From assembly GCF_018350175.1 (NCBI RefSeq), contig NC_058369.1, positions 6,946,001-7,010,000 of the forward strand: a stretch of DNA of 64,000 nt, in the 5' to 3' direction. A program made the translations under genes and the position numbers. Under the pieces are notes generated by a model. It saw nothing but the letters and a program-made list of their open reading frames with translations, was not told the DNA's origin and did not search any database. Source of the stretch: Felis catus. Lineage: Eukaryota. Below, piece by piece: positions 12,110 to 25,340 of the stretch. Every line of letters starts with the position of its first letter. The stretch's first letter is position 1.

Positions 12110-12236
12110 CTGAACAAATTGGGGGGAAAGTAAGTTTTGGGAAAGAAGTGGTGACAATATGTTGGCAAAAGCAGGTAAACCCCAAGTCCAATCTGAGACA
12201 AGTAAGAAACAACCTAGAATATAAAATGATGGGATG

Positions 12237-12452
12237 GGGGCGCCTGGGTGGCTCAGTCGGTTAAGAGTCCGACTTCAGCCCGGTCACGATCTCGCGGTTC
12301 GTGGGTTCGAGCCCCGCGTCGGGCTCTGTGCTGACAGCTCAGAGCCTGGAGCCTGATTCAGATTCTGTGTCTCCCTCTCTCTCTGCCCCTCCCCCGTTCA
12401 TGCTCTGTCTCTCTCTGTCTCAAAAATAAAATAAAACATTAGAAAAAATTTA
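12237..12452 (+). mobile_element. Felid SINE
   Basis: Full SINE; TSD aaatgatg(g/a)gatg. Confidence 0.93.
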
Positions 12453-12930
12453 AATGATGAGATGTTTAGGACACAACTAAGACCCGTGTGGACTTCTCTT
12501 CAAATATACCCTAACCTTAGGAAGACAATGTGCAAGAAAAATACATTCTTGATCAAAGGAATGATATTTACATGCCTTAGTGTTTTATATAATTTACTGA
12601 GGAATGTTCTACCATGATTGAAAATTATGTTAACAGGCAAAGACCAAGGCTATATATGCAAAATGGGAAGAATTAGACAGTGATTCTAAATGTAAATATT
12701 AAAAGGCAAGACAGGTCTTTCTTTCAGAACATAAGAAAGTATGACAGGTTAAAAGCCAAATACTAGAGAATGCTGAAGTTACACAAATAAGCCCACACCA
12801 AACGGTCTCTGCTTTCTCCTCAAATTTAAAGGGCATTTGGTTTAAGTTTCCTGTTTGACTTTTCATAACATACCTCCCTCTCAGCCCCACCAGATCTGGT
12901 ACAAAACATTCATATATGTCCACTGCTCAC

Positions 12931-13023
12931 TTGAACAAGTATCTTGGTGATTTCTTGTCTCTGATTTCATTTCATCTTCCTGCTGCATCTGGGTGATCAG
13001 AGCAGGTCTGCTGAGCTGCTTTT
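12931..13023 (-). CDS. KRAB zinc-finger gene, KRAB-B exon (93 nt)
   Basis: ccccattatag|AA AAG CAG...TGT TCA A|gtgagc; reads (E)KQLSRPALITQMQQEDEMKSETRNHQDTCS. Confidence 0.87.
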
Positions 13024-13140
13024 CTATAATGGGGAACAATGCACGTGAGAGACCCATGCGGTATACAACAAAAACCACCACAAAACTGTGGTAACAACTT
13101 CATCTTTGAGGTTCTGAAGATAGGTAAGTGTGACTTCAGA

Positions 13141-13143
<3 letters not shown>

Positions 13144-13180
<37 letters not shown>
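13144..13180. repeat. (CA)n microsatellite
   Basis: Directly visible. Confidence 0.95.
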
Positions 13181-13184
<4 letters not shown>

Positions 13185-13199
13185 CTATTAGGTTACAAG

Positions 13200-16100
13200 A
13201 TAAAAAATCATATACAATGTATCAATTTTATTTCTATATACTAGCAATGAATATCATGGAAATGAAATTAAGAAAACAATTCCATTGATAATAGCATCAG
13301 AAAGAAAATGTTTAAGGATAAATTTCACAGAAGACTTAGGCATTGAGAATTACAATACATTGTTAACAGAACCTACAGATCTCTATGGGTAGAAAATATA
13401 AAAATGACCAATCAGAGATGAAGAACCCAATAATTTATTTTTTTTCCAACATTTTTATTTATTTTTGGGACACAGAGAGACAGAGCATGAATGGGGGAGG
13501 GGCAGAGAGAGAGGGAGACACAGAATCGGAAACAGGTTCCAGGCTCCGAGCCATCAGCCCAGAGCCTGACGCGGGGCTCGAACTCATGGACCGCAAGATC
13601 GTGACCTGGCTGAAGTCGGACTCTTAACCGACTGCGCCACCCAGGCGCCCCAAGAACCCAATAATTTAAATTAAACGTACACTAGAGGGGTGGCGCCTCG
13701 GTGGCTCAGTCGGTTGAGCATCTGACTTTGGCTCAGGTCATGATCTCACGATTCATGGGTTCAAGCCCTGCATCGGGCTCTGTGCTGATAGCTCAGCAAA
13801 CACTTAAAGCACTACCAAACATTTAAAGAGTGATTATCTATTCTTCTGAAACTATTAAAAAAAAATTGAAGAGGAAGGAAATTTTCCAAATTCAAAATTC
13901 CAAATTCATTCGATTCCAAAACCAGATAGACACTACAGTAGTGCCTGGCTGGCTCAGTTGGTAGAGCATGTGACTCTTGACCACATTGGGCAAGGAGTCT
14001 ACCTAAACAAACAAACAAACAAACAAACAAACATTCCAATAGATATTTTTTCCCCAAAGACATACAGATGGCCAACAGGCACATGAAAAGATGCTTAACT
14101 TCACTAATCATCAAGAAAATGCAATTCAGAACCACAATGAGCTATCACCTCACATCTGTCAGAATGTGAGGAAAAAGAGGGTTGCACTGTTGGTGGGAAT
14201 GTAAACTGGTGCAGCCACTGTGGAAAACAGTATGGAGTTTCCTCAAAACATTAAAAATAGAATTACCGTATGATCCAATAATTCCACTACTAGGTATTTA
14301 CTCAAAGAAAATGAAAACACTAATTCAAGAAGATATCTGCACCTCTATGTTTTTTGCAGCCTTATTTACAATAGCAAAAATACGGAAGCAACCCATGTGT
14401 CCGTTGACTAAATAAATGGATAATAAGTAAGATGTGGTATATATATACAATGGAATATTAACCATAAAAAAGCATGAAATCTTGCCACTTGCAACAACAT
14501 GGGTAGATCTAGATAGTATAATGCTAAATGAAGTAAGCCAGAGGAACACAAATACCATATGATTTCACCCATGTGTAGAATTTAAGAAACAAAACAAAGA
14601 AAAAAAGACAAACCAAAACCAAAACAAATTCTTAACTACAGAGAACAGATGGTTACCAGAGGGGAGATGGGTGGATGAGTGAAATAGTAAAGGAGATTAA
14701 GCATATGTGCACTTATCTTAATGAGCACTGTATGTATGAAACTGTGGAATCATTCTATTGTGCACCCGAGACTAATATAATATATGTTAATTATACTTCA
14801 GTTTTAAATATAATTAATTAATTAAAATTTATAAAGACCTCTATGAATGAGAGAACATCCCATGGTCATGGACTGGAATAATTAATAATGCTAAATTAGC
14901 AACTCTCCAGATTGATCTACAGATTCAATGTGGCTTCCCACATTGGAATCCCACCTGGATTCTCTGTGGAAATTGACAAGCTTACTCTAAAATTCATATG
15001 AAAATGCAAGGGATCCAGAATAGTCAAAACAATCTTAACAAAGACAAAGTTGGAGAACATACATTTCCCAATTCAAATCTTACTTCAAAGCTATGGCAGC
15101 AACCAACAGCATGGAACTGGCATAAGATAGAAATATAAACCATTGGAGAGGCACCTGGGTAGTTTAGTTGGTTAAGCATCCAGCTTCGGCTAGGTCATGA
15201 TCTCACAATTTGTGAGTTCGAGTCCCACATCAGGCTCTGCACTGGTGGTGCAGGCGGGCCTGCTTGGGATTCTCTCTCTCCCTTTCTCTCCCTCTGCCCC
15301 TTCCCCATTTGTGCTCTCTCTCTCAAAATAAATAAACCAACTTTTAAAAAATATATAAACCATTGGAATAGAATTGAGAGTCCAGAAAATAAGTTGGACT
15401 TTATTAAAATTAAACCTTTATGCCACAAATGATACCACGAAAAAAGTGAAAAGGCAACACACAGAATGTAAGAAAATGTTCGCAAAATTATATATCTGAT
15501 AAGGGAACAGTATCCTGAATACATAAAGAACATTCACAACTCAACAGAAAAAAAAATGGCAATCTAATTCTTAAATGGGCAAAGGATTTAAAAGGATATT
15601 TCTCCAAAAAAGATATATAAATGCCCAATAAGCACATGAAAAGTTGCCTAATATCATCAGTCATTAAGCAAATGCAAACCAAAAGCACAATGAGATACCA
15701 TTCTAAAAACATTAAGATAGCTATAAACAAAAAGACAGGCAGAAATAAGTGTTGGCAAGAATGTAGAGGTTTTGGAACATTTATACATTGCTGGAGAGAA
15801 TGTAAAATAACACAGCCAACTTGGAAAACTGGCAGTTCTTCAAAATGTTAAGCAGAGAGTTACCAAATGACCCAGCAATTCCACTCCCAGGCACATACCA
15901 AAGACAAATGAAAACATATGTCCACAGAAAAACTTGTATTACATGAATGTTTGTAGCAGCACTATTCATGGCAGCAAGTGCCAAAAACCTAAATGTCCAT
16001 CAACTGGTGAATGGACAAACAAAATGTGTTATGTTTACACAACAGAATATTATTCAGCAATAAGTAAGAGTTAGGTAGCGATATATGCTATAACATGGAT

Positions 16101-16400
16101 GAACTTAGATATGATGCTATGGGAAAGAAGCACATCACAAAAGACCACATGTGGTATGACTCCATTAATATGAAATATTCAGAATAGACAAATCTATAAG
16201 TTATTGCAATGATCTGGAAACTGAGGAGGAATGAAATGCCCTGTAGGCAAGGCAATGGAAATGTTCTGGGATTAGACAGCGGTGATGGTGGTATAACTCT
16301 GCATGTGCTAAAAACACAAAACAGACACACATATGCAACACATTGCTTTGTATTCTCTAAATGGCTAAGCTAGGGTAGGTAAATGATATCTTAATACAAG
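13200..16400 (+). mobile_element. Old L1 fragments (ORF2 3' end and 3'UTR, several pieces) interrupted by SINEs
   Basis: L1 motifs [17 protein letters not shown] and HCWRECK, plus decayed L1 3'UTR; antisense to the host ZNF gene. Confidence 0.85.
13438..13651 (-). mobile_element. Young felid SINE
   Basis: TSD aagaacccaataattta at 13421 and 13652. Confidence 0.95.
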
Positions 16401-16442
16401 CTATTTTTCTTAAATGTAAAAATCTACAAAAGCCTACAAGAA

Positions 16443-16680
16443 GGGTGCCTGGGTGGCTGACTCAGTTGGGCATCCAACTTTGGCTCAGGTCATGATTTCA
16501 TGGCCTGTGACTTCAAGCCCCGCATCGGGCTCTGAGCTGACAGCTCGGAGCCTAGAGCCCGCTTTCGATTCTGTGTCTCCCTCTCTCTCTGCTCTTCACG
16601 CTCTGTCTCTCCCTCACTGAAAAAATAAATAAGCATAAAAAAAAAAATAAAAAGCCAACTTTAAACAAAACAAAACAAAA
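16443..16680 (+). mobile_element. Can-SINE
   Basis: SINE body and A tail; flanking cctacaagaa repeat. Confidence 0.9.
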
Positions 16681-16754
16681 CCTACAAGAAACCTAGAGCC
16701 TATACCACAAGGTAACTGGGACTTACGCATGCCAGAAATCCATGCTCAAACTCA

Positions 16755-16913
<159 letters not shown>

Positions 16914-17064
16914 CTAAAATAATTAACGTATTTTGTCTCAACCAGCAATCAACCCCACCAGCATTTTTGGGAAGAGGGTCATGGTGACCTCACTGAGAAT
17001 GAAAGACCTCTTTCATAGTAATTTCAAAATCCTAGGACTCAGTCCTCTTCCCTCTCACTTCTCT

Positions 17065-17295
17065 TAAAAAAAATGTTTTTAATGTTTATTTACTTTTGAG
17101 AGAGAGAGAGAGAGAGAGAGAGCATAGCAGTGGAGGGGCAGAGAGAGAGGGAGACACAGAATCCAAAACAGCCTCCAGGCTCCGAGCTGTCAGCACAGAG
17201 CCCGACACAGGGCTCGAACTCACGAACTGTGAGATCATGACCTGAGCCGAAATCAAGAGTTGCACACTTAACTGACTGAACCACCCAGGCTTCCC
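17065..17295 (-). mobile_element. Can-SINE
   Basis: Reverse SINE with (GA)n tract. Confidence 0.92.
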
Positions 17296-17547
17296 TACAG
17301 TCTTACCCTTTCTATCTCCAGGATCCACCACAGGCTTGAACACACTGCCGGTAAAGCACTTGCTAAATGAATACATTTTTCCATACAGAATGACCATACA
17401 TTTTATATCCTTTTACTTCCCCTAACATCATTAGGCAGCAAAGATGACTGAAAAAAAATTTGTAAATAGTAGAATAGCGGAAGAACTTTGTTGGAAGTCC
17501 CTGAGCCGCCATCAGGTCTCAAGATCATGGATGGGTTGTAAGGCTCC

Positions 17548-17984
17548 TACGAAAATTCAAAGGGAAACCTCACTGACGTGGTGTTGGGAAGCCAGCAGGG
17601 GGAGCTCTCGCCCCCTACCACTAGTGGTCATTGCAGACCCAACAGGAAGAGTCAGATCTTGTAAATCCTTCCTTTACTACCCCAGCAGGAGGAAAAAAGA
17701 TTTTCTCCTCCTTAAGCAACAGCCCAGGGAATGAGACTGCCTCAACTTAGCCAATGGAAAGCCACTCTACATTGAACTCCCAATTTATTCAATAGATAGT
17801 TTGCTTATAGGAGCCTTCCAACTCCCTCCATTCCTCTTTGAAAGAGGTTCCTCTTCTCTGTTCTCCAGACTTGCCTATAGTTTTGCTATAGCTTTCTTGT
17901 CCCAAACTGCAATGCTCTGCTATTCCTGAATAAACCCATTTCTGCTGGTAAAATCACTGACAAGTTTTATCTTTAAGGCTAACA
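17548..17984 (+). mobile_element. Solo LTR (ERV1-like)
   Basis: AATAAA near the 3' end, terminal ...aaca, 4-bp TSD ctcc on both sides; homologous to 40288-40729. Confidence 0.75.
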
Positions 17985-18063
17985 CTCCGCAGTGTTGGCA
18001 GGAAACACATTCACTCCAGGAAAGAATTGTATTGTAGGAGAAAGAAAAAGATTCCTGACTCAC

Positions 18064-18122
18064 CTGTAACACAGAGTGGATGTTTTCCACCTCTGTGACC
18101 CTCGCATGGGCATGAGCAGGGT
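18064..18122 (-). CDS. KRAB zinc-finger gene, second coding exon (59 nt)
   Basis: ctgcctgttctag|AC CCT...TTA CAG|gtgagt; reads (D)PAHAHARVTEVENIHSVLQ, joining phase 1 to the phase-0 KRAB-A exon. Confidence 0.8.
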
Positions 18123-18685
18123 CTAGAACAGGCAGAGATAAAAGACAAGGTGACATGGGAGTCTAAGCACATCCAATATTGTTGATACTCACGAGCCTAG
18201 AAATTGCCCCACATCAGTTGAGTCACCCCCCACACACACACATTCACACACACAACACACACAAAGCATATTATCCAGAGCAACCTGCCCTGTCCCCCAG
18301 AGCCAGAAACTAGGGTGCCTTAATACCCACGAGGAATGGATTTAGTCTCAATTTTCCTAGGCACAGAAACTGAAACTCAGAAAGATGGAGTTATCTTTCC
18401 CAACTTTACAGAACAAAAGGATGGGATAATGAAGTGCCACCCTTAAATATTCTTCCATCTCCCCAAGATTTGCATTGTCTTTCCTCCAAAATCCCAAAGG
18501 GCACTGAATCATACATAAGCAAATTATGAGGCTCCAAGACTTTGTAGAGTTTCACACCACCTCCTCGCATTTCAGCCTTGCCTTCCCAGTTCTCCTCTGT
18601 GGCTACTCAGCTCCCTGCTTCTGTACCCACCTGGGGTGGAGAGACCACGTAATTCTAGTGAAGAGCATCTATCCTAGGAACTTAC

Positions 18686-18716
18686 CAAATCCAGAAGACA
18701 GATGTGTGGCTGCCAT
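18686..18716 (-). CDS. KRAB zinc-finger gene, start-codon exon (exon 18788-18686; 31 coding nt)
   Basis: Acceptor tttctttatttcag; aaaATGG Kozak context; MAATHLSSGF+G|gtaagt; same 31-nt layout as the ZNF317 start exon. Confidence 0.82.
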
Positions 18717-18810
18717 TTTGCAAGTCTTGGAATAAACATGCCCAGGATGCTCTTTTTCTTGCATCTATGGTCCACTGCAGTCAGGGCTCTGAAATAAAGA
18801 AACATTAACA

Positions 18811-19032
18811 GGGGCACCTGGGTGGCACAGTCGGTTAAGCGTCCGACTTCAGCCAGGTCACGATCTCGCGGTCCGTGAGTTCGAGCCCCGCGTCGGGCTC
18901 TGGGCTGATGGCTCAGAGCCTGGAGCCTGTTTCCGATTCTGTGTCTCCCTCTCTCTCTGCCCCTCCCCTGTTCATGCTCTGTCTCTCTCTGTCCCAAAAA
19001 TAAATAAACGTTGAAAAAAAAAATTAAAAAAA
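18811..19032 (+). mobile_element. Young felid SINE
   Basis: CpG-rich full SINE, about 22 nt from the exon acceptor. Confidence 0.95.
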
Positions 19033-19260
19033 GAACCTGTAAACTTGCAATTTGATCCTGGGTCTTTGTTTTCCTTGCCTTGGACAACCTCAAAGCAATA
19101 TGGTAGGGGTTCTTGATCTTCCTCATCCCTAAGGCAAATCTACCCTATTATCAAACCACATTACCCATCATTTGTCAAAAATCCCATCTCCGTTGAGTAA
19201 CTATACTGGTTTGTCATCTGCAATGGCACCAACACATAGACCTGACTCATTAAAGTCACC

Positions 19261-19470
19261 GGCACCTGACTCCTACTCTTTGACTCTCTGCCTTGATTCA
19301 AGAGGATTCTATGTTCTTGGGCATAAACTAGGTACCTGACTCCTACTCTTTGACTCTCTGCCTTGATTCAAGAGGATTCTAGGTTCTTGGGCATAAACTA
19401 GGTACCTGACTCCTACTCTTTGACTCTCTGCCTTGATTCAAGAGGATTCTATGTTCTTGGGCATAAACTA
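19261..19470. repeat. 70-bp tandem repeat, 3 copies
   Basis: Units start at 19261, 19331 and 19401; only two variant positions. Confidence 0.97.
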
Positions 19471-20172
19471 GCAAACATCCATGGCTTCGGCATATCAGTT
19501 ACAAACCTTGAATTTATCGTCACTAAGACTCTTAACCTCTCCAGAGCAAAAAGTCGGGCATCCCTGAACTCCCTGAACATAGTAGCTATATTTCTACCCT
19601 GTTCACTTTTTAATCTGTATTGCACCTGCTCTCTTACCTCAGAGAGGCATCCAAGCTGTCCATCCTCCAATTACGTTGCTATTTATAACCCCCATTTCCT
19701 TGACACTACATAGAAAACGCCATGGCCCATCATTTCAATAATATATTTCCCAAAACCTCCAGTTCCTTTCTCTGTCCTGCTGTAACCCCTGCTCTGGATA
19801 ATTCCAGCCATCTGTCTATCCTACCTGGATGATTCCCACCTAACCAGTTATATGGGAAGCCCTAAAAATTTGAGGCCTTGTCTACTCTAAACAGGCCTTC
19901 AACACTAAAGGAAAAGCTCCACTGGCAATTTAACCCTCTAGTTATCCAAAACTCTTTTCACAATTTGTTCGGGATTTTGAATTTCACATGGTCTCCACTT
20001 TCCCTCTTCCACAACAAATGATCTGATATCTTACTTCACAGAGGAATAGTGACAGTGATGAGAAGGATTGCTCCTCTCTTTGCCACGAATTCAAAAGTAG
20101 TCTGACACCATCATGACTTCACTTTCCAGACAAGATGTCTCCCTTAAAAAAAAAAAAAAAGGAAAGATTTTA

Positions 20173-20850
20173 GGGGCGCCAGGGTGGCTCAGTCAGTTTA
20201 GTGTCCCACTTTAGCTCAGGTCGTGATCTCATGGTTTGTGAGTTCGAGTCCCACATGGAGCTCTAGGCTGAGAGCTCAGTGGCTGGAACCTGCTTTCAAT
20301 TCTGTGTCTCTTTCTCTCTCTGCCACTCCTCCTCTTGTGCTCTGCCTCTCTCTCTCAAAAATAAACATTAAAAAAAAAAAACATTATGGGGCGCCTGGGT
20401 GACTCAGTCGGTTAAGCAGCCGACTTCAGCTCAGGTCATGATCTCGTGGTCCGTGAGTTGGAGCCCCACATGGGGCTCTGTGCTGACAGCTCAGAGCCTG
20501 GAGCCTGTTTCAGATTCTGTGTGTGTGTCTCTCTCTGACCCTCCCCCGTTCATGCTCTGTCTCTCTCTGTCTCAAAAATGGATAAACGTTAAAAAAAAAC
20601 TTATTAAAAAAAAAACATTTTAGGGGCGCCTGGGTGGCTCAGTCGGTTAAGCAGCCGACTTTGGCTCAGGTCATGGTCTCACAGTTCGTGAGTTTGAGCC
20701 TCGCGTCGGGCTCTGTGCTGACAGCTCAGAGCCTGGAGCCTGCTTCACATTCTGGGTCTCTCTCTCTCTGCCCCTTCCTTGCTTATGCTCTGTCTCTCTC
20801 TGTCTCAAAAATAAATAAACATTAAAAAATAATAATAATAAATAAATAAA
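20173..20850 (+). mobile_element. Three head-to-tail Can-SINEs
   Basis: Heads at 20173, 20388 and 20623, each with (CT)n and an A tail. Confidence 0.95.
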
Positions 20851-20992
20851 TGAACATTTTAAGTAATCTTTACATCCAACATGGAGCTCAAACTCATAAT
20901 CCTGAGATCAAGAGTCCCATGCTCTTCTGACTGAGCCAGCCAGGCACCTCTCTTCCTTCTTACCAAAAGCCAATATCTCTTACCTTTCTATG

Positions 20993-21180
20993 CCAGGGTT
21001 TCTCATCCTTGGCACTACTGACATTTGGGACTGGATACTTTGTTATGGGGGCGCCCATATGCTTAGCAGCATCTCTAGACTCTACCCAGTACATGTCAGT
21101 AGTATCCCCTGTCTCCCCTTGTCTCCAGATATTGCCAAATGTACTCTAGGGTGCAAGATTGCCCTCATTAAGAATCATTG
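20993..21180 (-). mobile_element. MER20-like hAT DNA transposon
   Basis: cagggtttctca...ggcactactgacatttgg...tctccagatattgccaaatgt, matching the reverse MER20 consensus as recalled. Confidence 0.75.
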
Positions 21181-21253
21181 GTCTTACCCCTTCATATCTT
21201 CTCAGAAAGCTTACTCTATTGATTATTCCTTGGTTCTTCTTTTCCATCACCAC

Positions 21254-21750
21254 TGTAAGCAGAAAGAGTTAGGGGTCCCCAGGAAAAAGTGAGACATAGC
21301 TTTCTTGACATAAGAAGCCATTTTAGGCCCCAGGCCACCTTGCGATCTATGCCTGACCAGTACTACTTGCCCAAACCACATTCTTGAATTATCTTTGCAG
21401 GATTTAAACTCCTTTGATCACTCAGACAACAAACTGAAGCCTAAGAACTGATGATGTTGACCTTCGCCGGCCTTGTGAATTCCGTCAACTAAGACAAGGA
21501 CTCTATCACCTTCAGGTGACTTTCACCCCAATTCCACGCACAATTCCCCACTGCACAGGCCCCTTCATGAATGTGTATGTGCCCTTAGCTTAAACTTCCA
21601 GTTTTGTTGTTGGAGGAGACACTGCTTTGGGAAATGGCCCATGTTCTCCTTTATTCGTTGTAAGTAAAACCCTTCCTTTTCCTATTCTTTGGCTTACTTG
21701 TGTCCTTTGACTCAATACCCACCACAAGGTGAACCCAGTTTTGGGTAACA
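21254..21750 (+). mobile_element. Solo LTR (ERV1-like)
   Basis: tgtaag...ggtaaca termini with near-TSD ccac/ccat; LTR-like U3/R/U5 composition. Confidence 0.65.
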
Positions 21751-22909
21751 CCATCAACTTCTGTTTCAGGGTACTTATACCTTTAATATTTAAGCATAAT
21801 TAACTCCCATCTTGAAACAAATTTATGCCTCATGTCCCACTTAGCCCTCTGGTTACCGCTCACTCTTCTTCACCACCAAACTTCTTGGAAGGGCAGTCTA
21901 CCCTCATATTCTCCCCATTTCCTCACCTCCCTTAATATGCTCCAACCTGGTTCGCACCACCACCTTCACCACCACCGGTCCACTGACACTATTCTGCCAA
22001 GATGGCCAACGATTGAAGAGAATTAATGAGAACTAATCCAGTGAATGGATTTCTGTTTTTGACTAAGTTGGTCCCTTGGAAAAACTCTATCACTGCTCTC
22101 CTCTGTAAGTTATTTTCTTCCCTGGGCTTTTGTGACCACAACCTCCCAGTGGTCATCTTACTGCCCTGGCTACTCTCTTTCAGCCTCTTCTCCCACTGCT
22201 GACTGTCCTTCAGGATCAGTCCTGGCCTCTGTTTCTTGCCTTATTCTGTGCCTTCTGTATCTACCCATCCATCCCCTTGAACTTAAGTTTCATCTCTAAG
22301 TTGATAACATGCAAATGTCCAGTTTGGGATCTCAAATTTATGCTTGAGACCCCATATCCTGCTACTTTTCAACTACTGTCATCTAAAATTTTCATAGACT
22401 CCTCTGATGAAACTTAAAAACTGAACTTCCTATCTGTTTCAGAAAACTGTTTTGGGGCGCCTGGGTGACTCAGTCAGTTAAGCATCCGACTCTTGATTTT
22501 GGCTCAGGTCATGATCTCGAGGTTTGTGAGTTCAAGCCCCACATTGGGCTCCTCACTGACCATGTGGTGCCTGCTTGGAATTCTCTCTTTCTCCCTCCCT
22601 CTCTGCCCCTCCCCCACTTGTGCTCTCTCTCTCTCAAATAAATAAACTTTAAAAAAAGAAAGTTTTATTTCAAACATTTGCACTCTCAGTAAGGCATGAG
22701 TTCCCTGGCTACTCAAAGTAGGCAGAAAGGATTATTGGCATCACATCCTTCCCCCATCCCACAGCTGTAGTTAACTGAAACAAGATTAACCATTTGACAA
22801 GCACTTCTGGTCCCCCATGGGCTGGAATCAATTAAAACCTAACAGCACCCTCCATTCCTCTCCCTCAGCCCACAACAGCAGTTGAAAATTTAAAATATAG
22901 GCACACTCT

Positions 22910-23195
22910 GGGGCGCTCAGGTGGTCAGTTGGTTGGGCGTTCGACTTCGTCTCAGGTTATGATCTCACGGTTTCTGGGTTTGAGCCCTGCATCAGGCTGT
23001 GTGCTGATGGCTCAGAGCCTGGAGCCTGCTTTGGATTCTGTGTCTCTCTCTCTGCCCCTCCTCCACTCACGCTCTCGCGCTCTCTCTCTCTCTCTCCTTT
23101 GGAAATAAACATTTAAAAAAAATGTAAAACAAAACAAAATAAAATAAAATAAAATAAAATAAAATAAAATAAAATAAAATAAAATAAAATAAAAA
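22910..23195 (+). mobile_element. Can-SINE with (AAAAT)n tail
   Basis: TSD aaaatatag(g/t)cacactct. Confidence 0.93.
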
Positions 23196-25121
23196 TATAG
23201 TCACACTCTCTCCCCCACCCCCAAAGACAGCAACAAATCCCTTGAAACTAAAACTACTCCGGATAGGGGAAATTGGTCAAAACCCACACTAATCCAAACC
23301 ACACCCCCTCCCCCTCCCCTCTCAACCCCCAAATCCTATCAATCATATAATGGTGCTTTCTCTAGAGAAAAATCTCCCCAACTACATGTATAATTCTTTT
23401 CTGTTGTTTTTCGGTCTCTTTAATGTCATTTTTTCAGAATCACCTTTGTGAGCCCCCCATGTAAAGCTAGTCTCCTCTTACTAAGAGCTGCTATTCTACT
23501 AAGAGTAGCCTTCTTCACAATTGATAATTACATATTTAGTTCTTTGCTTACTTACATTCTTTCTCTTCCACTAGGCTCTAATGTTCAAAAATACAAGAGT
23601 GGCCTTTTCTTATTTAAACACTATACCTAGTCACTGGCACATCACTAGCCACATCAAGTGCCCAGAATCCTGGGTAAAGAAATGAGTCTCCAAAGAATCC
23701 ATTCCACCATCTGTCCCCATCCCTCATTCTACTTTGAAACCAAGCATCTAGATCGCTGTCATTCATTCCTAAATGCTTAGGACTAAGCCTTAATCCCATC
23801 TCCATCCCCTCAAGCTTGTTCTTCCTGCCCTCCATCCTCACTTCCTCCAAGAGCTAGCTCTTCTAAACACAAATCTGTGGAAGTGATGAATCACTCAATT
23901 CTACTCCTGAAACTAGTATTACACTATGTTAACTAACTACAATTTAAATGAAAAAAAATTTGAAAAAGAAAAACATAAAAAAAAGATAATCTAATCATGG
24001 GCCACCCCTACCTACTCACAATGGCTTCCTCCCACCCTTAGAATTAAATCCCTATCTTGCTTTCAAGGTTCCATATCTAGCTCACCTTCCTCCTCTCTTG
24101 CTTTGTTTTCAGCCCTGTCCTGTCTTGCTCAGTTCCCTGAGCACTCCAGGCTCCTAGCTGCTCCAGGGATTTTGCACAAGCTGTCTTGCTACAATGCTTT
24201 TCCCATTCCCAGCCCCCCGAGGGCCCCAGCCCCTCCCTAGCTGTCCTGTAGTCATTTCTAAGATGGCGGCTTTAAGGTCTTTTCTTTCCAAGAAGAACCC
24301 TTCAAGCAAGTCCTCCCCTGAAATCCTTTCATTTACAATAATTCACAATCAACTCTCATTTATCACACTTAATAGCTGGACTATAAACTCCAGGGGACCT
24401 GACACTTAGTAATTTTTTTTTGTCATTAAATCTGTGGGACTGAGCTATCAGTAGTAACAAGGTCAGTGTAGGCAAGTAATAACTGTTTGTGGACCACTCA
24501 CGGGCAACAAAAACTCACTCCAGTAACTTTTTAGTGTGAACATACTAAAAGATAAAAAATGCTAAAATATATGCAACAATAAAAGATATATTGAGTTTTT
24601 GAAATAAGATGAATTCTATCTAGGTAAACAGCTTCAAATTCTGTAAGAGTACTCTTTTTATAACCAAATCCCTTCCATTTAAAACCAAAGCTACTACCTA
24701 ATTTTCCTGTTATGTTTTATCTGGGAAATAAATTTTATTTCATTAACACTGGGCAAAACTCATCTCAGGTAGTCAATTCAGTTCTGCTTTCAGATAACAT
24801 CTTAGTGAAGTTACATTATTTTTTTTACAATCTCTTGATTTTCAAGCACTGGGAATTGTAATTTTAGTTGAGCTCCCTTGAAAAGGACAAAGCTGACCTG
24901 GATAATAGAACTCATGATTAAAAGATAATATACTGCCCATCCTGATACCCTGTGGACAAAACCTAACCAACATAAATAATTGGAAAATTCCATCTCACAA
25001 GGTACCCCAACCTCAAAGTTCACCCTGATGCCCTCAGTCAAGAGCAAACGTTCTGCAAATTAAAAATGCCCTTACAAAGTGAAGGGTAGTGGGGAACCCT
25101 GCCGCAAGTTCCATTACTCAC

Positions 25122-25340
25122 CAAGACACAGAAATCCATAGGTCGTCAAGGTAAGGGCTTGAGCCAGGCTGATGTTCACGTACTTCTAGGCTACGGCGTG
25201 CTTTCTGGCTGAAGAAACTCCCAAGGTCACTGACTTTTATCTGGTAATGCAACTGAAAGAGCTAAAGGATTAAAAGACACGCCCTATTCTCCTTGACTAC
25301 ACTTTCACAGGGCACTTTATTGGTGCCTTTATTGGTAAAA
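25122..25340 (-). promoter_or_regulatory. Putative first non-coding exon and promoter of the minus-strand ZNF gene
   Basis: Donor TTG|GTGAGT at 25122/25121; local CpGs; tandem ctttattggt x2 (25315-25336), i.e. two CCAAT boxes on the minus strand. Confidence 0.45.

Noticed and set aside
19261..19470. Tandem array as a CRISPR-like locus
   Set aside because: Contiguous units with no unique spacers, in a mammalian context.
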